64,000 bases of DNA. Origin: an uncultured Planctomycetota bacterium. Lineage in GTDB: Bacteria > Planctomycetota > Planctomycetia > Pirellulales > Lacipirellulaceae. The position numbers and the translations under genes are program-made. The notes beneath the pieces are model-generated. The model was not told where the DNA came from. It was given only the letters and a program-made list of their open reading frames with translations, and made no database searches. The stretch spans positions 608,001 to 672,000 of the forward strand of contig CAVRBU010000002.1 in NCBI GenBank assembly GCA_963719315.1, in the 5' to 3' direction. Every line of letters starts with the position of its first letter. The stretch's first letter is position 1. This document shows positions 10,565-19,674 of the stretch, one piece after another.

Positions 10565-10850
10565 ACGCGGCTTCGACCTCGAACCACCACACACTTCCGG
10601 CTTTTTTGCAGGTGCGCCGTTCCGCTGGCGCGCCCGGCAGAGACTTTCGCTGGGGAGCGTTTGGCCACAGGCACTCCTCCAAACCGGTTCACACCGCCGG
10701 CTAGCTTGTCTCTGTCGCGCCCTGGAGCATGGATGCTCCATGAAGCGGACGGTGGTCACGCTTTTGGAATACGATCACCGGGCGTCAACGGTCCCCAACG
10801 GCAAACGGACTTGTCCGGGGGACGACGCTTGAAAGACGCCGCGCTCTTTT
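10565..10850 (+). ncRNA. Candidate structured ncRNA or long leader upstream of rsmH
   Basis: Nested complementary segments 10612-10626/10744-10759, 10635-10644/10708-10717, 10659-10664/10679-10684, 10781-10786/10835-10840, 10791-10796/10818-10823; two GGA-loop hairpins. Confidence 0.5.
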
Positions 10851-10942
10851 CTCGCTATGCTGGATTGCATGCTAGCATTCTGAGCGAGTCGCTATTTGCG
10901 ATTGCCGCTCTACCCAGAAATCTGATATTTCCCCTTTGCACG

Positions 10943-11830
10943 ATGCCGCCTGGCTCGACCCAACACGTACCCGTGCTTGCCCAGGAGGTTGTCGAGTGGC
11001 TCCGCCCCGCGCCGGGACGCACGATCGTCGATGGCACGCTCGGCGGAGGCGGCCACGCGCGGCTGCTGGCAGAAGCGGTGAACCCGGGCGGCGTGGTGGT
11101 CGCACTCGACCGCGATCCGCAGGCCGTCGAACGAGCGACCACAGTTCTCGCGGGATTGCCGGTACGGGTCCTGCAAGCGAACTACAGCGACTTACCGGAA
11201 TTGCTCGAACAACAAAATGTGGCGCGCGTCGATGGAATCCTGCTCGATTTGGGTTTGTCGAGTGACCAGTTAGCCGATGCCGAACGGGGATTTAGTTTTC
11301 AAAGTGAAGGACCATTGGATTTACGATTCGATCCGACGCGCGGTGAGCCCGCGTGGCGGCTTGTGGAGCGATTGAGCGCGGAGCACTTGGCAGACTTGAT
11401 CTTTCAATATGGTGAGGAACGCTATAGCCGCCGCATTGGACGACGCATTGCGGAGACGCGCCGCGCTGCGCCGATTCACACGGCGGCCCAGCTTGCCCGC
11501 CTCGTGCGCGAGTCGGTGCCCCGCAGTCGCGAGGAACGCATCGACCCGGCGACGCGCACGTTTCAAGCTCTGCGAATTGCCGTGAACGAGGAATTGAAAT
11601 GGCTGGAAGTTGCGCTGCGACGACTGCCGGATTGTTTGACGCCCGGCGGTCGATTGGCGGTGATCAGCTTTCACTCGCTGGAGGATCGTTTGGTGAAGGA
11701 GTCGTTTCGCGATGACGCGCGGCTGCATGTGCTCACGCGCCGACCTGTGCGGGCGTCCGAACAAGAAACGTTCGCGAATCCCCGATCGCGGAGCGCGAAG
11801 CTGCGGGTGGCGGAACGCAAAACGGATTAG
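10943..11830 (+). CDS. rsmH: 16S rRNA m4C1402 methyltransferase
   Basis: HVPVL, DGTLGGGGH, DLGLSSDQL...RGFSF...PLDLR, ATRTFQALRIAVNEEL, ISFHSLEDRLVK, NPRSRSAKLR. Confidence 0.97.
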   Translation: MPPGSTQHVPVLAQEVVEWLRPAPGRTIVDGTLGGGGHARLLAEAVNPGGVVVALDRDPQAVERATTVLAGLPVRVLQANYSDLPELLEQQNVARVDGILLDLGLSSDQLADAERGFSFQSEGPLDLRFDPTRGEPAWRLVERLSAEHLADLIFQYGEERYSRRIGRRIAETRRAAPIHTAAQLARLVRESVPRSREERIDPATRTFQALRIAVNEELKWLEVALRRLPDCLTPGGRLAVISFHSLEDRLVKESFRDDARLHVLTRRPVRASEQETFANPRSRSAKLRVAERKTD

Positions 11831-11904
11831 CACTGCCGCGTGCGGGTTACGATTGAGAACGATAGCAAGCGCTCGAGTTGCTGGCCTCAAGGAGGAGGCG
11901 GACG

Positions 11905-12249
11905 ATGAATGATGATCGAAACTTAGGCGCCACCGAAAATCGATTCGCGCTGACGCTCGTCATCTGCCTGCTGATGGCGGTTGGCTATCTAGTGCTGTTG
12001 AGACTTGGTGGACCCAGCGATTCGACGATCGAGGTTCGACCGAACCCGGTGCCGCAACCGGTCGTGGCCCACGAAGACGACAATCAACCGCGCGTGCTGC
12101 CCGTCGACGGACCGGAGCCCGCATCCGTGCGGCCTCCAGAAATCGCGACTCGGCCGGAAACCTTTCACAGCGACGGCGACGGCGACTCGGCATCGACGCC
12201 GGCAAGACCTGGGCTGCCGGCGGCAACGACCGATTCACAGCGACGTTAG
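11905..12249 (+). CDS. Bitopic membrane protein with Pro-rich tail, hypothetical
   Basis: Strong RBS aaggaggagg before ATG 11905; one TM helix, then low-complexity sequence. Confidence 0.7.
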   Translation: MNDDRNLGATENRFALTLVICLLMAVGYLVLLRLGGPSDSTIEVRPNPVPQPVVAHEDDNQPRVLPVDGPEPASVRPPEIATRPETFHSDGDGDSASTPARPGLPAATTDSQRR

Positions 12250-13385
12250 CGCCGCATTGCTCCCGGTCGGGCGGCGACGGGCGGCAAGTACCGCGGCTGC
12301 GTCGAGCTTGTGGCTCCGTTCGTCGGCGCTTGGGCGGTAGCCGGGTAACTGTATTGCGGACCGGTTGTCCACGCTTGTTGCGGCGCGACGGGTTGGCCCA
12401 CTGGAGTCGTTTGCGGCGCGATCGGCGTCCCTGGCTGCGCAGCGGCGGGCGGCATGGAAACGACGACCTTGTTGCCCTGCAATTTCGCCAGCGCTTCTTG
12501 TGCCGGCTGCATGTTCGGGTTCTGCTGAAGCGCGGCCTGGAAGTACGGCGCCGCATCGGCCGAGCGATTCCGCTGCACGAGCAGTTGCCCTATATTGTAG
12601 TTCGCATCGGCGGAGCCATGCACGGCGGCCAGATGCGCCAACGCCCTTTGATCCTGGCGCATCTCGACCAGTACTGTCGCTGCGTTATTCCGATACAGCG
12701 CTTTGCTCGGCTGCAATTGGACGGCTTGTTCGAGCACTTGGACGGAAGATTCCAGCTTGCCTTGCCGCGCGAGGCATAGACCCAGGTCGTTCAACGCGCC
12801 CGCATGCTGCGGATTCGAAGTGACGGCCTGCTGATACAGATTCTCCGCGAGCGGCAAATTGCCTTGGCGATCTTCCATCCGGGCGGCGGCGCGAAGCACT
12901 TCGACCTGTCCCGGCCACATCGTAAGTGCCCGTTGAAAGTTGATGCGAGCTTGCGGGATATCGCCCTGGTGCTCGCACACTTGAGCGGCGTAGATGAAGA
13001 ACTCGGGCGACGGCGGTCCGGTGGGCGTGCTGAGTGAGATCGAGTCCGGCTTCTGCGGCGCTGACGATTGCGCCATGCGCGACGCCGATGCCCCTTTCCC
13101 TTTCTTCCCGATCGGCATTTCCGAAACGGCCGCCTTCAGGTACTTGATCGGGTGGTGCGTGGCCGAGATCTCGTCCGTCGGGCGAGCCGGCGCAAACGCA
13201 GCTTGCGGTGCGGGCGCCGGCGTCGAGGCCTTCTTCGACCAGGGCCAAATCGTCCAGTTCGAATCCTGCTTCGCCGTTTGACGGCCTTGCATGGCCATCA
13301 TCGCCGGGTCGGCAACGGCGCTGGATACGGCTAATCCGGCTGCGCAGAACAGGGCGGCAAATGTTCGAAGCCAAGCATTGCGCAT
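12246..13385 (-). CDS. Secreted tetratricopeptide-repeat protein (TadD/PilF-like)
   Basis: Signal peptide MRNAWLRTFAALFCAAGLAVSSAVA; TPR repeats (ALNDLGLCLARQG, ANYNIGQLL); ggaggg RBS. Confidence 0.85.
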   Translation of the reverse strand: MRNAWLRTFAALFCAAGLAVSSAVADPAMMAMQGRQTAKQDSNWTIWPWSKKASTPAPAPQAAFAPARPTDEISATHHPIKYLKAAVSEMPIGKKGKGASASRMAQSSAPQKPDSISLSTPTGPPSPEFFIYAAQVCEHQGDIPQARINFQRALTMWPGQVEVLRAAARMEDRQGNLPLAENLYQQAVTSNPQHAGALNDLGLCLARQGKLESSVQVLEQAVQLQPSKALYRNNAATVLVEMRQDQRALAHLAAVHGSADANYNIGQLLVQRNRSADAAPYFQAALQQNPNMQPAQEALAKLQGNKVVVSMPPAAAQPGTPIAPQTTPVGQPVAPQQAWTTGPQYSYPATAQAPTNGATSSTQPRYLPPVAARPGAMRR

Positions 13386-13509
13386 GGCGGGTCCCTCCAT
13401 TACGACTGCGTCCGCCAGCATCCTTGCCGGCTAGTTTGTCGGACAGACAATCGTGTCTGTCCTTATCGGGCTGCCAGGCGGACAGGATTGTCCGCCTTAC
13501 ATTCCCACT

Positions 13510-14064
13510 TCAGTTTCCTGTCGATATCGTGCTGGCCGAAACTGCGGGCAGCACGGGGGCCGGCATGGCTTGCATGAACTTGACGTTCGTCACATCCACT
13601 ATGGCGGCCGGCCGGCCTTCGGCCATCAAATACGTTTCTTCCACATTGGGCATACGCCCATCGATCGAGACCTTCGTTCCGTAATCGCGGACGGCTGCCA
13701 AACGGGCGGCATCCGTATTCGGATCCAACGAACGCTCGACAAAAATGTTGCGGCGCTCGACCGGGGCCTGCGTCATGATCCACTGCACACGCAACTCGCC
13801 GGCGGTCGTGAGCTGATTCGTATCCGGATTGAAATGATGCGCACCGAGCAAATTCTGACGCCGCCAACCGTTGTTGACCATCAGGCAAAACGGCTCCCGT
13901 ACGGCAATGCGGTCTGGGCACACATAGGGCCAGGGCCACATCTGATTCACGTGGTATCCATGTTTGACATAATGGGCGCCATCGTCCAAGCACACGCCAA
14001 CTGCGGCTCGTTCCGAGCCCGCAACAGCGATAACTGCGACGGCGGCAAACAATAAATGACGCAT
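13510..14064 (-). CDS. Secreted hypothetical protein
   Basis: Signal-peptide-like MRHLLFAAVAVIAVA; natural-looking 184-aa product co-oriented with the TPR gene. Confidence 0.75.
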   Translation of the reverse strand: MRHLLFAAVAVIAVAGSERAAVGVCLDDGAHYVKHGYHVNQMWPWPYVCPDRIAVREPFCLMVNNGWRRQNLLGAHHFNPDTNQLTTAGELRVQWIMTQAPVERRNIFVERSLDPNTDAARLAAVRDYGTKVSIDGRMPNVEETYLMAEGRPAAIVDVTNVKFMQAMPAPVLPAVSASTISTGN

Positions 14065-14146
14065 AGTTGGCCTCACGATCAAGCGGCGAGCCGAGCGGCA
14101 CGTAGGCGTGTCGCTCCGAGACACGCATTTTTCCACGTCTCGGAGA

Positions 14147-14420
14147 GACGCGGCCACATTCACGTCCGCCTCGGCCGGACGGACCTACTTCACTCGTGGT
14201 ATCGGCCGGGCGTCTCCGGCAACTGCGCAATCTTTGGACGAACCGGCGCAGGCTACCTAACCAGCACAGGTGTCCTGCTAGCAGCGAAGAGTTCTGAAGT
14301 TCAGATAACTGCTGAATGCCGGCAGTGGGTGGCTGGTTGCAGACAAATAGGCGGGCGGCACGTGAGAGTTCTATTGCGGCACGAAACGCATTTCAGCAAT
14401 TTGCCGCGACTGGCGAGCGG
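14147..14420. repeat. Direct repeat copy 1 (~270 bp)
   Basis: 14153-14224 is identical to 18409-18480; similarity continues with substitutions and indels to 14420/18670. Confidence 0.95.
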
Positions 14421-14877
14421 ACCTGTTCCGTCTTCTTCTCAGCAAGTCCAAGTTGTTGCAGCGAATCAATGGAAGTGCGACTACCTGTCGCATGCATTTC
14501 GCACATTCGACTATTCTGTCTGTCAAAAAACTTAGGGTACTGCGGGATTAATTCAGATGTTCACTAGTTCGCACTTGCCTATCGCGCTAGGGTACGGGCG
14601 CAAGATAACGGACTGGCGATTGCCGTTCGTCGTGGAAGCCCTTGCGAGCAAGAGCCATGACGACAGCGCTAGTGTGGGAGACTTTTCTTCGCGCTCCGGT
14701 CGGGTCCCGAGCATTCCGCTCGCGATCCGCGGTTCTTCCAACCAGGACGATTCGGTCGAACTCGAGTTCACAAGTCTTGCAGTGTTGTTTCTCTGCCCCG
14801 TAGGTCGCCGCGGCCGTCTCACTTGCCGCCCAACTCCGTCCGTAATCAGTTTTTTCCGTTACGAGGAGAACTCATCG

Positions 14878-17800
14878 ATGAAACGTTATTGCTTGTTGTT
14901 CGGAATCACGATGTCGTTGGCGGTCGATACGAACAGGCCCGCTTCAGCAATCAACCGCAGTTGGGACGACGCCGGTGGCAGTGCCAGCAAACTGTGGGGC
15001 GAGTTTGGCAATTGGAGTCCTGACGGAGCCGTGGGGGCGGACGACATTTTCATCGGCAACCTGGCTGCCGCGGCCAACGATACGACGCTCGTCGACGCTG
15101 CCTACAGCATTAATTCATTGACCATTACCAATGGCGCCGATGTCGTCAACAGCACCGACAACGGCGCGACCAACGATTTTGAGTTGATTGTTAATGGGCT
15201 GACCACCGTCGGCGGGGCAGGCAGTTCGATCATCATCTTCGGCGGCGATCCCGACGGCCTCGACACCGATAATCTAACCATTAACAGCGGCGGTTCGGTA
15301 ATTCTCAACTCGACAACGGCCCAGGGAACTGCGGTGGTTGAGGTTGATGGCAACACTGGCACTGGCCTCTTGGATATCAACGCGGGCGGCACATTGATCG
15401 GCACGGGCCGGATTGATCTCGAAGCAGCGCCAGGGGCGGCGACCTCGCTGATCGTCAACGACGGGTCGATCATCGCAAATAGGGCTCCGATCTTTCTCGG
15501 TCAGGCTCCCGCCGCTGGGACGCTGCAAATCACGGCCACCAGCGCCAACGCCCGCTTCGATTGGGACGGTGGTGGCGCCGGCGTGCTCCAAGCCAACGGC
15601 AACCAGACACTTGACATTGACGTGGTTCCTGGAGCCGGGGCAGTTACTGACGCCTTCAGCGGCACGATGAACCTGAACACCGGCGGGACGATCGATATCG
15701 CCAACGCCTGGTCGATGGATTCCGGTACGATCAATGCCAACACGCCAGCCTTCGGCCTGATTATTATCGGCCAAGACCCTAATCCTGGACCGGCGGCCCA
15801 CATTGCCGGCGCGAATTGGACGATGACCGGCGGCACGATTACCGTTGACGACACCTGGGACTCGCTACAGTTCGACTCACAGCTCGTCGCCTCCGGTGGC
15901 ACGATCGACAACTCCGGCACGATGATCTTCAACGGCGGGGCGACGATCCAAAGCGGCGTCGATTTCAACATGATTGGCGACGGCGCATCGTTAGTCGTCA
16001 ACTCGGCGCTCAATATCGACACGCCCGACTTCAATCTCGATGGAAGCGAGCACGCCGGCAATGTCACCACCATCAATGCCGGCGGCAACCTCGATTTGGA
16101 CCTGGGCACCGGGGCGGACCTCAGCTTTGGCCATACGATCAACATGAACGGCGGCGAATTGGACGTCACCAGTTCGGTCGCCACAGCTTGGCAGCTTAAC
16201 TCAATTGGCGTTATCAACGCCGCTGGCGGGGCGATCTCGACCATCAATAGCGCCGGTGAGACGTTTCAGATCTCCGGCGATATCAACGTCACGGCCAACT
16301 CCACGCTGAACATAAATTCCGTGAGCGAATACACTAGCAACGCAAGTGTAGTGATTGACGCCGGCAGCACGCTCAACATGGGCACTGCGACTTACAGCGG
16401 CGGCAGCTACAGCGGCGGCGGAACCTTGCTCAAAGGCACGGCGACGATCGCGGCCGCGACCACCTGGAACGTCGCCACGGTGGATCTCGACGACGGCGTG
16501 GGCACCAGCACCACCCTCAATGCAAACTTAACCATCAATGCCGATGCGATCGATAGCTCGGGCGACGGGATCGACAACGGCATCGCGATCGACAATGCAG
16601 CCTTGTTGACCGTGAATATCAGCGGTGGAGGGTCGTGGGCCGTCGATCCGGCCGGCAGCATTACGTACAACGGCGATGCGACTCCCAATTCTTTCTTGGC
16701 CGGGTCGGACATCAACCTGAACGGAAACTTGAACGTCACCGGCGACGGCCGCACCGACGCTCGACTGCTCATCGGCTCGACGAGCACGATCAATATCAAC
16801 ACCGCCGCCGAACCGCTGCGGCTCTCCGGCGGCAATACCACGACCAATCCGAACACGATTGCTGGCGGTACGATTAACGGCCCGGGCCTGCTCGGCGCCG
16901 ATACGGGAAGCGCCTTGCACGGCTTCGGCACCATCAATGCGAATGTTGACTTCGACGGCACGTCGAACTTGCTCGCCCAAAACGGTACGCTCACCGTCAG
17001 TGGGGCACTTGTGGACGTCAGCGTCCTGGGAACCGCCGACGTAACCGGCGTAATCAATGTGACCAGCGCCTGGAACACGAACGTAACTGCCATCGTGCTG
17101 CTGAAAGGCGGACGCCTGCAAGGGGGCCTCGTTACCAACGACGGGGTAAATGGCATCGACGGCTTCGGAGAAATGACCGCCCGCGTGATCAACAACACCC
17201 TCATCGCCGCCGACAATGGTACGTTGATCTACAACAACTCGCAGAACGACTGGGACGGGGCCGCTAACAACGGGCTCATCATCGCCGACAACGGCAATGT
17301 GGAACTCGTCGACCTAGGGGCCTTCTTGTTCAATGGAACCGTGCGGGCCGACGCCAATCGCCAAGTGTTCGCCAATGGCTTCGAACTCGAGTTTGAACCC
17401 GCCTCGACGCTTGCGCTCAACGGTGGCACGTATCGCTCGACGGCCGCCACGGACATCGGCGGCACTGTGACGATCGGTGCCGGCACGTCGACGCTCAACA
17501 ACGGCGGCACGACCATCTTCGAGGGGACCAGCAACACCACGATCACCGGTACTCTGCGGTTGAATAATACGGCTACGAGGATCAACGCCGGCGCCACGTT
17601 TGCCGGCGGCGGCACGCTTCTCAACGTCGCTGGTCGCACGCTCACGCTCGTCGATGGCGCCGATGTCGATGTCTTGCTCCAAAACGACGGTACGCTCGTC
17701 CTCGGCACATCACCCGGCCAAACGCAGGGTCTCGATTTCGAGCAGACTGCCACGGGAACCTGGAACGTCGAGCTTGGCGGTACGGGGATCAACGACTACG

Positions 17801-18297
17801 ACCGGATGACGCTCTCCGGATTGGCGGCGGTCGATGGCACGCTCGATCTCGCGCTTCTTGCCCCGTATGTGCCAACGCTTGCCGATCCCCTACTCACAAT
17901 TCTGTCGGCCAGCAGCGTCAGCGGTACGTTCGATGCGGTCGTTCAGCCGCCCACGATGCCGGCCGGGCTGGCATTTAGCGTGATCTACAACGCCGCGAAT
18001 ATCCAGTTGCAAGTGGTCAACGCATTGTTGGCTGGCGACTACAACAATAACGGCATCGTCGACGCGGCCGACTACGTGCTGTGGCGGAATGGCGGGCCTC
18101 TGCAGAACGATCCGACCCCCGGCGTTCAACCGGCCGATTACGACGTGTGGAGAGCCCATTTCGGCCAAACGGCCGGCAGCGGCAGCGGTGTGGAATTCAG
18201 CGCGGCCGTTCCGGAGCCGAGTATCATCGCAATGGCACTGCTGGCGATTGTCGGCAGCCTACTTCTTGGAAGCCGTGGAGGGCGGAACTTGAGTTGA
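14878..18297 (+). CDS. Large secreted beta-helix-like PEP-CTERM protein with dockerin-like EF-hand motif
   Basis: gaggag RBS and signal peptide; G/N/T-rich beta-strand repeats; GDYNNNGIVDAADYVLWR; C-terminal VPEP-TM-basic tail. Confidence 0.9.
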   Translation: MKRYCLLFGITMSLAVDTNRPASAINRSWDDAGGSASKLWGEFGNWSPDGAVGADDIFIGNLAAAANDTTLVDAAYSINSLTITNGADVVNSTDNGATNDFELIVNGLTTVGGAGSSIIIFGGDPDGLDTDNLTINSGGSVILNSTTAQGTAVVEVDGNTGTGLLDINAGGTLIGTGRIDLEAAPGAATSLIVNDGSIIANRAPIFLGQAPAAGTLQITATSANARFDWDGGGAGVLQANGNQTLDIDVVPGAGAVTDAFSGTMNLNTGGTIDIANAWSMDSGTINANTPAFGLIIIGQDPNPGPAAHIAGANWTMTGGTITVDDTWDSLQFDSQLVASGGTIDNSGTMIFNGGATIQSGVDFNMIGDGASLVVNSALNIDTPDFNLDGSEHAGNVTTINAGGNLDLDLGTGADLSFGHTINMNGGELDVTSSVATAWQLNSIGVINAAGGAISTINSAGETFQISGDINVTANSTLNINSVSEYTSNASVVIDAGSTLNMGTATYSGGSYSGGGTLLKGTATIAAATTWNVATVDLDDGVGTSTTLNANLTINADAIDSSGDGIDNGIAIDNAALLTVNISGGGSWAVDPAGSITYNGDATPNSFLAGSDINLNGNLNVTGDGRTDARLLIGSTSTININTAAEPLRLSGGNTTTNPNTIAGGTINGPGLLGADTGSALHGFGTINANVDFDGTSNLLAQNGTLTVSGALVDVSVLGTADVTGVINVTSAWNTNVTAIVLLKGGRLQGGLVTNDGVNGIDGFGEMTARVINNTLIAADNGTLIYNNSQNDWDGAANNGLIIADNGNVELVDLGAFLFNGTVRADANRQVFANGFELEFEPASTLALNGGTYRSTAATDIGGTVTIGAGTSTLNNGGTTIFEGTSNTTITGTLRLNNTATRINAGATFAGGGTLLNVAGRTLTLVDGADVDVLLQNDGTLVLGTSPGQTQGLDFEQTATGTWNVELGGTGINDYDRMTLSGLAAVDGTLDLALLAPYVPTLADPLLTILSASSVSGTFDAVVQPPTMPAGLAFSVIYNAANIQLQVVNALLAGDYNNNGIVDAADYVLWRNGGPLQNDPTPGVQPADYDVWRAHFGQTAGSGSGVEFSAAVPEPSIIAMALLAIVGSLLLGSRGGRNLS

Positions 18298-18402
18298 TCC
18301 GGGATTGTGCAGGGGTAGTAGATGTTCGTTGAGCAGCGGTGCTGCCGGATCGACGAAAACAATCATCGTCTCGACGAGATCCAGTTCGAGTGCAGAAAAG
18401 AG

Positions 18403-18670
18403 GACGCAGCCACATTCACGTCCGCCTCGGCCGGACGGACCTACTTCACTCGTGGTATCGGCCGGGCGTCTCCGGCAACTTCGCAACCGGCGCAGGCTAC
18501 CTAACCAGCACAGGTGGTCCTGCTAGACTAGCAGCGAAGAGTTCGGGAGTTCAGAAACCTGCTGAATGCCGGCAGTGGTTGGCTGATTTCAGGCAATTTG
18601 GCGGGCGGCACGTGAGAGTTCGAGTGCAGCAGAGGACGCATATCAGCAATTTGCCGCGAATGGCGAACGG
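18403..18670. repeat. Direct repeat copy 2 (~270 bp)
   Basis: Aligns with 14147-14420. Confidence 0.95.
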
Positions 18671-18804
18671 CTTCTGGGTGTGCTGTCGGCATAGTACGAT
18701 TCGGCCGGCTATTCCAGACGTTTGCAAATTTGCCGGCGACCGACTCGAGAAACATTGCCGAAAAGCATCGTTTGCCCCTCTCGCAATTGAACTAAACTTC
18801 TAAT

Positions 18805-19128
18805 ATGCGGTCCATCCTTTGGCTCATTGCCGGGTTTCTCGTTGTCTTTGGCGCTCACGTAACGTTGCCGTATCAGTACGTGAGTGGCTGCCGTACAGGA
18901 GCACTCCCGGACTTTTTTTGTTCATTGACGAGTACACTCGATCCGGCGATTTGGATGATTTTTCTCCCGTTCGCGCTCGCTTGTACTGGCTACAACTACG
19001 TCCTTTGCCGTTGCGGACTATCGGGTCTGGCCAATTGTCGCTTGTTCCGATGGCCGATTGCGTTCGTCGCAGCATTCCTGTCGCTTTGGGTAGAGTTGTT
19101 CTGGATTTTTAACACCTTCGGTTCATAA
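18805..19128 (+). CDS. Small hypothetical membrane protein
   Basis: 107 aa, three hydrophobic segments, locally lower GC. Confidence 0.55.
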   Translation: MRSILWLIAGFLVVFGAHVTLPYQYVSGCRTGALPDFFCSLTSTLDPAIWMIFLPFALACTGYNYVLCRCGLSGLANCRLFRWPIAFVAAFLSLWVELFWIFNTFGS

Positions 19129-19151
19129 ACATTGATTGGACGGGCGGCCGC

Positions 19152-19405
19152 ATGAGAGTACTGCAGTTCTCTCTTAAACGAATGTTTGCGTGTGCAGCCT
19201 TGATTGCCGTTGGGATAGTCGTGGGTGCTCTCGCATTTCAACAGCTCACTAGCTTCTCGGCGTCCATGAGTGACTCCATCGCTTTTTCCCTTTGGTTTCT
19301 CGGCGGCACACTTATCGGCGCCGTGCGCTATGTCCATTCCACCGCACCGTGAGTGGAGCATTGACCGGCTTCACATTCTGCCTTCTTCATTTCTTCTGTA
19401 TGTAG
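19152..19405 (+). CDS. Small membrane protein with FSLKR-type N-terminus; probable frameshift near 19323
   Basis: MRVLQFSLKRMFACAALIAVG...GGTLIGA; restoring one G gives GALCPFHRTVSGALTGFTFCLLHFFCM*. Confidence 0.5.
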
Positions 19406-19434
19406 AAAATTTCTTTCCACGGCTTTTATGACGA

Positions 19435-19653
19435 ATGGCAGACAATATCTACTTCCTCTACTTTTTGGTGATGCTATTCATTGTCGCGCTCGGGGCGTCT
19501 ATGATCGCTGGCATAAGCTATTTGTTGTCCGTTGCCAAACACTTCATTCACAGGGATTGGAAATATCGATTAAGGGTGCTGCTTGCCCTTGCGACCAGCG
19601 GTGCTGTGATGCTGGCCATTATCATTCACTGGTTGATAACGCCAGATAGTTGA
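19435..19653 (+). CDS. Small hypothetical membrane protein (2 TM)
   Basis: 72-aa hydrophobic ORF. Confidence 0.5.
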   Translation: MADNIYFLYFLVMLFIVALGASMIAGISYLLSVAKHFIHRDWKYRLRVLLALATSGAVMLAIIIHWLITPDS

Positions 19654-19674
19654 CGGAGCGTGCCACCAGACTGG

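Noticed and set aside
10661..10942. N-terminal extension of rsmH
   Set aside because: RsmH similarity starts at HVPVL, and the extension overlaps the structured non-coding region.
14557..14877. N-terminal extension of the PEP-CTERM protein
   Set aside because: The RBS and signal peptide place the start at 14878.
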